A stretch of DNA of 37,947 nucleotides from a virus. Its lineage: Duplodnaviria; Caudoviricetes. Below are positions 32,558-37,947 of this stretch, piece after piece (positions within the stretch are counted from its first letter, which is position 1; every line of letters begins with the position of its first letter). The notes below the pieces were generated by a model. That model did not search any database and was not told the DNA's origin. It was given only the letters and a program-made list of their open reading frames with translations. The position numbers and the translations under genes were made by a program. The DNA lies in IMG/VR virus record IMGVR_UViG_3300049144_000153, positions 1 to 37,947 of that record, one strand, 5' to 3'.

Positions 32558-33558
32558 GTCAGACGATCCGCTCCTTCAAAGGGGTCGAACTCCCAGCGAA
32601 TGAAATTCACCGGGGAGCTTGCGTTAGGGTCGATTAGCGCCACGGGGCACTGGTAGATGTCGCGCTTCGGGAGCCCCAGCTCGACCGGGTAGTCGTCGAG
32701 GCTCTTGTAGGAAGCGACCTGCAGGGCGTGCCACATGCGCTCCGAGCCCTCGTGCCAGCCGTGGCTGTAGCCCGAGCAGTGGATATGGCCGGCGGCGTAG
32801 ATGTCGCACGAGCCGTCGAGCTGCGCGGTCTTGAGCGCGCCGAAGTTGGCGGTCCACTGCGAGCGGCCCGGGAAGGTGTGGCGGGCCATGATCCGGACCT
32901 CGCGCCCGTTCGGGAACACGATGCGGATCTTCTGCGCGTGCTTGGTCGTGACGTCGGCGGTCGACTTCAGCATGAAGTCGAGGATGTCCTGCTTGCCATT
33001 CCAGAGGTCATGGTTGCCGAGGATGAAGAACAGCAGCCGGCCGACCGTGTCGAAGTAGTGCTGGACGAGGGCCTGGGCTTCCTTGGCGTTGAGGCTCTGG
33101 TCGGCCCAGAGCCGCTGCAGGCGGCCGACCCAGTTGTTCCAGATGTCGCCGAGGAATCCGGCATAGAGGCCGTCGACCGATCCGTTGAACAGCTCGGCGT
33201 GCTGGAAGGCCAGCTCCACGTCGGTGCCGTCGTCGTCGAGGTGCAGGTCGCCGATCAGGCCGAGGCCGATGGGCTGGTTCGAGCGCATGTGGATCGTGTG
33301 CCATTTCTGGTGACGATCGAGGGCGGCCTTGCGCCGGTACTCGTCGGTGCGACGCGCCAGCAGCTCCTGGATGTCGATCTCGGGCTCGGGCTCGATCTCG
33401 GACATCTCGACCTGGTAGGAACCCTCCAGCGCCTCGCGGAGCCGGCGGCGGATGGTACGCTCGGAGATCTGGATCCCCTGTGCGCGAAGGAAGCGTTCGG
33501 CAGCACGAATGCCACCCTCCTGCGCGATCGTCTCACGCAGCTGGTTGATGTCTGTCAC
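32536..33558 (-). CDS. Calcineurin-like metallophosphoesterase with N-terminal HTH
   Basis: GDLH, GD.WNN, GNHD, RH and GHIH motifs; N-terminal GIRAAERFLRAQGIQISERTIRRRLRE. GTG start overlaps the gpI-like stop (GTGA). Confidence 0.85.
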   Translation of the reverse strand: MTDINQLRETIAQEGGIRAAERFLRAQGIQISERTIRRRLREALEGSYQVEMSEIEPEPEIDIQELLARRTDEYRRKAALDRHQKWHTIHMRSNQPIGLGLIGDLHLDDDGTDVELAFQHAELFNGSVDGLYAGFLGDIWNNWVGRLQRLWADQSLNAKEAQALVQHYFDTVGRLLFFILGNHDLWNGKQDILDFMLKSTADVTTKHAQKIRIVFPNGREVRIMARHTFPGRSQWTANFGALKTAQLDGSCDIYAAGHIHCSGYSHGWHEGSERMWHALQVASYKSLDDYPVELGLPKRDIYQCPVALIDPNASSPVNFIRWEFDPFEGADRLTWMRTRA

Positions 33559-34112
33559 AGGCCCACATCCACGGCTGAAATGTTGAAGGAAAGGTAGTGG
33601 CCGCCGATCTTGCGACGGCCATACAGGATCGGAATACGGGTGCCGATGTCGACCGTGTTCCGAGCACCACCCAGGTAATGGCTCTTGCGTTGTTCGCCGT
33701 CCTTGTCGTCCCGCTTCGGCTGGTTGAAGAGCTGCAGGACGCCGCCGAGGATCAGCATCACTCCGACCCGCATCATGAGGGGGCCGAGGAAGGCGAGGGC
33801 GGTACCGCCCGTGAAGAACGACGCGGCCACGAGGGCTGCACCGATCAGGATCTGAACGAAGCCTCCCTGCTTGCCCCCGCAATACTGCGGGATGATGTGG
33901 AGGTCCTGCTGGTCAGTGGAGGCGAAGAGGCTGTCTAAGGTTTCGAAACCGACGACCTTGATACGCTTGTAGCCGTCGACAGCATTGGGGGCAAAGCCGG
34001 GAAGTTGAAGGGAGACGAGCTTGATCGCCTCAGCGACAGTTTCGGCTACTACCTCGATCGGGTCTGGATGAATTTCTTTCAGTGATCCGTGGAGGTAGAT
34101 CCGCCTACGCAA
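33555..34112 (-). CDS. Tail tip assembly protein (lambda gpI-like)
   Basis: IYLHGSL...TVAEAI...HIIP..GGKQGGFVQILIGAALV...GTRIPILYGRRKIGG. Confidence 0.9.
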   Translation of the reverse strand: MRRRIYLHGSLKEIHPDPIEVVAETVAEAIKLVSLQLPGFAPNAVDGYKRIKVVGFETLDSLFASTDQQDLHIIPQYCGGKQGGFVQILIGAALVAASFFTGGTALAFLGPLMMRVGVMLILGGVLQLFNQPKRDDKDGEQRKSHYLGGARNTVDIGTRIPILYGRRKIGGHYLSFNISAVDVGL

Positions 34113-34428
34113 TGATAACCTTGCCGTCCTCGACGACGTAACAAGTAACGCCGTCCGTACCGACGATATAGTGACGCCAGTCCTTATAATTCAAGAAGGA
34201 CTGGTGATCCCCGACCGTGAGGTTCGAGTCCTTGCCCGGGTGGGTGTGCCAGGCGGCCACGACATCGTCGATGTACTTGAGAAGATCCTCGCCCCGAATC
34301 TCGAAACCGTTCTCGGGATCGTCGCAGATATTCTCGACCTCAACGATCTCCCCCGTCTTCAGGATGAACCCCACTCTCTCCTTCTCCCCGTCGAGAAAGG
34401 GCTTCAGCAAGTTTGCGTCGAACGCCAT
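34105..34428 (-). CDS. JAB/MPN-domain tail assembly protein (N-terminal half of lambda gpK)
   Basis: ERVGFI...VENI...WHTHP...LTVGD JAMM motif. Confidence 0.88.
   Translation of the reverse strand: MAFDANLLKPFLDGEKERVGFILKTGEIVEVENICDDPENGFEIRGEDLLKYIDDVVAAWHTHPGKDSNLTVGDHQSFLNYKDWRHYIVGTDGVTCYVVEDGKVIIA
34166..34195 (-). promoter_or_regulatory. Possible internal host-type promoter (CTTGAA-N18-CTATAT)
   Basis: AT-rich patch in the JAB gene, ~55 nt upstream of the gpI-like start. Confidence 0.4.
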
Positions 34429-34870
34429 CGGGCAGCAGCTCCATCAAATCCATGTCGTTGTGAGGAAGGACGTCATCGAGATTGACGTCCCGGTGGCGGA
34501 CGACCGCCATGGTGGTGTTGCGCCAGACCCCGCGATAGGGCTCGACGCGCGACAGGCTCCCATAGAGATGGTGAGCGATCTGCCCATCCGGTAGCAGCAC
34601 CGCCGCGTGGTTCACGACCTTGGAGCGCACGGCCATCAGGAAGCAGTCGCCGGGGCGGTACTCGCGCGGGTGGCAGTCGAGCGGCCGGAACCCCTCCGCA
34701 TAGAAATTGTCCATGTAGAGGTTGAGGCCGTGATCCCAGAAGTCGTTCGGCCGCGCGTAGTTGCGCAGCTCGATCTTGAACACGTCGCGATAGAAGTCGC
34801 GGATGAAGCCGTAGCAGTCGGCGCTCCCGAGCTTGAACTCGCGGCCGAGCAGGTGGTCAAAGTGTAACAA
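34340..34870 (-). CDS. NlpC/P60-domain tail assembly protein (C-terminal half of lambda gpK)
   Basis: GREFKLGSADCYGFIRDFY...PGD...NHAAV...IAHHLYGSLS. Confidence 0.9.
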   Translation of the reverse strand: MLHFDHLLGREFKLGSADCYGFIRDFYRDVFKIELRNYARPNDFWDHGLNLYMDNFYAEGFRPLDCHPREYRPGDCFLMAVRSKVVNHAAVLLPDGQIAHHLYGSLSRVEPYRGVWRNTTMAVVRHRDVNLDDVLPHNDMDLMELLPDGVRRKLAEALSRRGEGESGVHPEDGGDR

Positions 34871-35348
34871 AGGGGAACTCCGGGGGCAGGTACTTGCGGG
34901 CCGGGATCAGCTGGTCGGGACCATCGACCAGGGCGCGCAGCTCCAGCGTGATCGACTGGCCGGTGATGATCTCCATGATGCGGCCCACGTACCAGAGGGT
35001 CGTCTCGGAGAGGTTGACGTTCGTCTCCAGGTGCTGGCGCAGGACGCGCCGCCGCTCGACGACCGCGCCGTCGATGTTGCCGTTCATGGCGAAGGAGTTG
35101 AACAGGCCGATCGGGTTCAGGACCTGGAGCTTCGGACGCGACCGCTCGTCGTCGGCGCTGCGGGCGTGGCCCGTGAACTTGCAGGCCATGGCCTCGTAGG
35201 TCTTGCCCTGCCAGGTGACCTCCGGGCCGTTGGTGAAGCGAACGTAGACGGGATACTGCGTTCCCTTCAGCTGGATCTCGAAGAGGTCGACGACGGCATC
35301 GGCTGTGAGCTTCTGGCCTTCGACGAGATGTGAGGTAGGGGCGCTCAT
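34857..35348 (-). CDS. Minor tail protein (lambda gpL N-terminal-like)
   Basis: VDLFEI...VTWQGKTYEA...RPKLQV...GAVVERRR...ITLEL...IPAR. Lacks the Cys-rich C-terminal part. Confidence 0.75.
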   Translation of the reverse strand: MSAPTSHLVEGQKLTADAVVDLFEIQLKGTQYPVYVRFTNGPEVTWQGKTYEAMACKFTGHARSADDERSRPKLQVLNPIGLFNSFAMNGNIDGAVVERRRVLRQHLETNVNLSETTLWYVGRIMEIITGQSITLELRALVDGPDQLIPARKYLPPEFPFVTL

Positions 35349-35767
35349 GGCTGTAGGATAATTTCAAGCTGGAAGGGAGCGAGGGCGTGGGCCTGGAAGC
35401 CCGGGACGTCGGGGACGCCGCCGATGAAGCCGGGGCCGAGGGGGTCCGGGGTCTGCAGCGGCTTGCTGAACCGCCATTCCGTGAGGCCCTTGCGCGGGTG
35501 GTTGTACTTGAAGATCTCGTACATCCGGTGCTCCTCGTAGAAGGCGAGGAGGGCCTCGAAGTTGTAGTGGGGAGCCACCGTGCGGTCGATGAGCCCGGTA
35601 GTCTGGTTCACCATCGTGAACATCACGGGGAAGCTCAGATGCGTGATGATCTGGTCGGGGCCACGGGGTCTCGACGCGAAGGCATAGCCCCGGCCGAAGC
35701 GGACCGAGGCGCTGCTCTCCGGGTAGTCGTCCCGGACGGTGTGGAAGGGGAAGTCGAAGGTCTTCAT
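35345..35767 (-). CDS. Distal tail protein (gpM/Dit-like)
   Basis: Immediately after the tape measure gene; VRFGRGY...AFYEEH...F.Y.HP pattern. Confidence 0.7.
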   Translation of the reverse strand: MKTFDFPFHTVRDDYPESSASVRFGRGYAFASRPRGPDQIITHLSFPVMFTMVNQTTGLIDRTVAPHYNFEALLAFYEEHRMYEIFKYNHPRKGLTEWRFSKPLQTPDPLGPGFIGGVPDVPGFQAHALAPFQLEIILQP

Positions 35768-37947
35768 CAGATGGCACCCACGGCTACTTGCTTGATGAGC
35801 TGCTTGATCGATCCCCCGCGCTGGATGTCGTCGGAGACGCTGGCGACGATGTCGCGCGGGCCGGGAGGAGGCACCTGGTCCGCCGAGACGACCCAGACGT
35901 TGACGGTGCCACCGCCGCCCTTGTCGCTTTCGACCGGGACGGGGACCGCCTTGGTCGGGAGCTTGCCCATCTGGTTGATCTCGTCGAGGGCTTCCTTGCC
36001 GACCGCCTGGACGGCGCTCGCCTTGACCACGTACTCCTCAGGCATGAGAGCCCGGACCACGCTGTCCCGGTTCGGGATGCCCCCGGTGACGAGGCCGCCG
36101 CCGGCCATGCCGACGATGCCGCCCTGTGCCTTGCCGGTTGCACCGCCGCCGAGGAACGACCCGATCCAGCTGAAGAGGCCGCCATCGCCGCCCGTGGTGC
36201 CCTGACCACCGCCGCCGAGGAGGAGCTTGAACAGCTCGTTGGTGACGGCCTTGGAGGCCATCTTCAGCAGGTCGGAAATGACGCTCTGCCCGAACTTCGC
36301 GAAGGCTTCACCCGCCTTCATCGAGCCCGAGGCCCAGTCCTCGAAGAACTGATCCATGCTGCTGCTGACCGAGCCCAGGACGTCTTCCCAGGTCTTGCCG
36401 AAGCGGACCGCGTCGTCGACCCACTTGCCGGTCTGGTCCATGAGACCCCGGCCCTTGAGGAAGTTCGAGTTCGCGGTGTCCATGGCGGCCGAGTAGGACG
36501 GGCCACGGTCCTGGATGGCACGGGCCTGGGCGTTCTTCTCGTTGAGCGTCAACTCCTCGCCCTTGAGCGCGTTGAGGCGGCTCTGCAGCTCGATGAGCTG
36601 GTCCTCGTTGCCGAGGCCGGCCTCCCTGATCGCCTTGATCGCCTTCTCGATCTCCAGGATCTCGGTCTTCTTCGCTTCGACCTCGCCGTCGAGATCACGG
36701 GCGCGCTCGGCGGCCTCGATCTTTTGCAGGGTTAGGTCGAGTTCGCTCTGCGCGACGGTGCCGAGGCTGACGCCGATCTCCTGCTGAGCGCGGAGGGCGT
36801 TGAGGCTGTCCAGTTCCTTGTTGTACTGCTTCAGCTTCAGGTCGCCGAGCTGCTTGGCATTCTCCAGGGCTTCCTTCTCGGCCTGGGCGCGGAACTGTGC
36901 CGTGACCTTCTCGACCTCCCAGTTCTGCTCGTCCTCGCTGGACCCGATGAACTTGGTGTCGGTCTTGAGCTGGCCGATCGCGTTGTCGCGCAACTCCGCG
37001 ACCTTCTGCAGGACCCGTTCGGCTGCACCGGAGGCGTTGCCCATGTCCGTCGCGTCGTTGGTGCCCTTGCGGGCTGCGCGGAGTTGGGCCTGGATCTCGG
37101 CCTCGTTGATGGTGAGGCCAAGGCGCTCCTTGCGCAGGCGGATCTCGTCGGCGGCCTTCTGGTTGGCGGCCATGCGGGTGGCAGTGTCTGTGTCGACCCG
37201 CGCGATCTGGTTCTGCCGGTTCTGCTCGATGACGCCGGCCGAAGTGCCGGCAACGTACTGGCCGGCGACGTTCGGCAGGAGACCCTTGACGTGCTCGGCG
37301 AACTCGCCGGCCGTCATGTTCAGGTTGCCGCCGTTGCCCGTCACCGCCTTGGCCGCCGTGTTGGCGTCGCGGTAGAACGGGCGCAGGACGTCGAGGACGT
37401 TGCCGTCGCCGTTCTTGAGGAGAGCGATGCCACCGGCCGAGCCCTGATTGTGCATCAGGAACTTCTCGGCGTCGCTCGCGTCCCGGCCGAACGCATTCTT
37501 GAAGGCGGTGACGTTGCGGTCGGTGAACTTGATGAAGGCGTCGATCTGCGCGCCGATGTCGTAGATGCTTTCGAGGTTCCCGCCCATGCTGGAGAAGGTC
37601 CCCGGCATGAACTGGAAGAGCCCGGTCGCGCCCGACTTGTTGCGGGCGAAGGGATCCATCCGGCTTTCGATCTGGGCGGCATTGATGGCGTAAGACGCCA
37701 TGTCGCCCCGGCCGGCGCTGTTGAGGCGGTTCGCGATGTCGCCCGCGACCGTGCCGTTGGCGGCGGCGGTCGGGATCGCCACGCTCGGTCCCACGGCGGC
37801 GTCACGCTGGGCCATGGTGTTGGCCCGCTGGATCGCGATGCTCTTGGCCTCGTCGAGGAGCTTGTTGATCGTCTCGATCAGCTCCTTCGCCTTCTCGGGC
37901 GTGGTGCGGGCGTCGCGGAGCTGCTTCTCCAGCTCGTTGATCTCGGC
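35767..37947 (-). CDS. Tape measure protein, 3' part (5'-truncated by the window), with lytic transglycosylase domain
   Basis: The frame is open to the window end. SLT motifs AQIESRMDPFARNKSGATGLFQFMPGT...HNQG; helical body; AQGGIVG...GG...DSV...PEEYVVKA tail. Confidence 0.92.
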   Translation of the reverse strand, partial: AEINELEKQLRDARTTPEKAKELIETINKLLDEAKSIAIQRANTMAQRDAAVGPSVAIPTAAANGTVAGDIANRLNSAGRGDMASYAINAAQIESRMDPFARNKSGATGLFQFMPGTFSSMGGNLESIYDIGAQIDAFIKFTDRNVTAFKNAFGRDASDAEKFLMHNQGSAGGIALLKNGDGNVLDVLRPFYRDANTAAKAVTGNGGNLNMTAGEFAEHVKGLLPNVAGQYVAGTSAGVIEQNRQNQIARVDTDTATRMAANQKAADEIRLRKERLGLTINEAEIQAQLRAARKGTNDATDMGNASGAAERVLQKVAELRDNAIGQLKTDTKFIGSSEDEQNWEVEKVTAQFRAQAEKEALENAKQLGDLKLKQYNKELDSLNALRAQQEIGVSLGTVAQSELDLTLQKIEAAERARDLDGEVEAKKTEILEIEKAIKAIREAGLGNEDQLIELQSRLNALKGEELTLNEKNAQARAIQDRGPSYSAAMDTANSNFLKGRGLMDQTGKWVDDAVRFGKTWEDVLGSVSSSMDQFFEDWASGSMKAGEAFAKFGQSVISDLLKMASKAVTNELFKLLLGGGGQGTTGGDGGLFSWIGSFLGGGATGKAQGGIVGMAGGGLVTGGIPNRDSVVRALMPEEYVVKASAVQAVGKEALDEINQMGKLPTKAVPVPVESDKGGGGTVNVWVVSADQVPPPGPRDIVASVSDDIQRGGSIKQLIKQVAVGAI

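Noticed and set aside
1-37947. CRISPR array, integrase/att site, IS element, rRNA
   Set aside because: No repeat-spacer periodicity, recombinase or transposase motifs, or rRNA-like sequence seen. Lifestyle (temperate or lytic) cannot be decided from this window.

Overview
GC-rich, gene-dense segment of a tailed dsDNA phage genome. It is siphovirus-like, and the host is probably an alphaproteobacterium (inferred from GC content and promoter type). Two convergent arms meet at a bidirectional terminator near 18,990. The + arm (1-18,911) carries small early-type genes, an SF2/SNF2-like helicase, a probable SSB, a 5'-3' exonuclease, a family A DNA polymerase, an ATP-dependent ligase, ThyX, dCMP deaminase, a RecU-like resolvase, an HNH-AP2 endonuclease, a DEDDh exonuclease, an SbcD/SbcC pair and a cluster of nucleotide hydrolases (HD, DUF5664-like, MazG-like). 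The - arm (19,008 to the end) carries the 3' part of the tape measure gene with an SLT domain, lambda-like tail-tip genes, the central tail protein, two tail fibres with chaperones and a lysis cassette with a GH19 endolysin. The most notable unexplained signals are: (i) four copies of a 20-bp palindrome (consensus GAACATCCCTAGGGATGTTC) at or inside gene 3' ends on both arms; (ii) a ~170-nt non-coding segment at 18.3-18.47 kb that can fold into a pseudoknotted RNA ending in a 13-bp hairpin; (iii) an HTH-metallophosphoesterase gene wedged between the gpI-like and gpJ-like tail genes; (iv) an unannotated small RHH-like gene heading the lysis cassette, with its start codon inside a perfect hairpin; (v) four nucleotide hydrolases next to a PolA with unusual active-site motifs. 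All product calls come from motif recognition by eye; no database searches were run.
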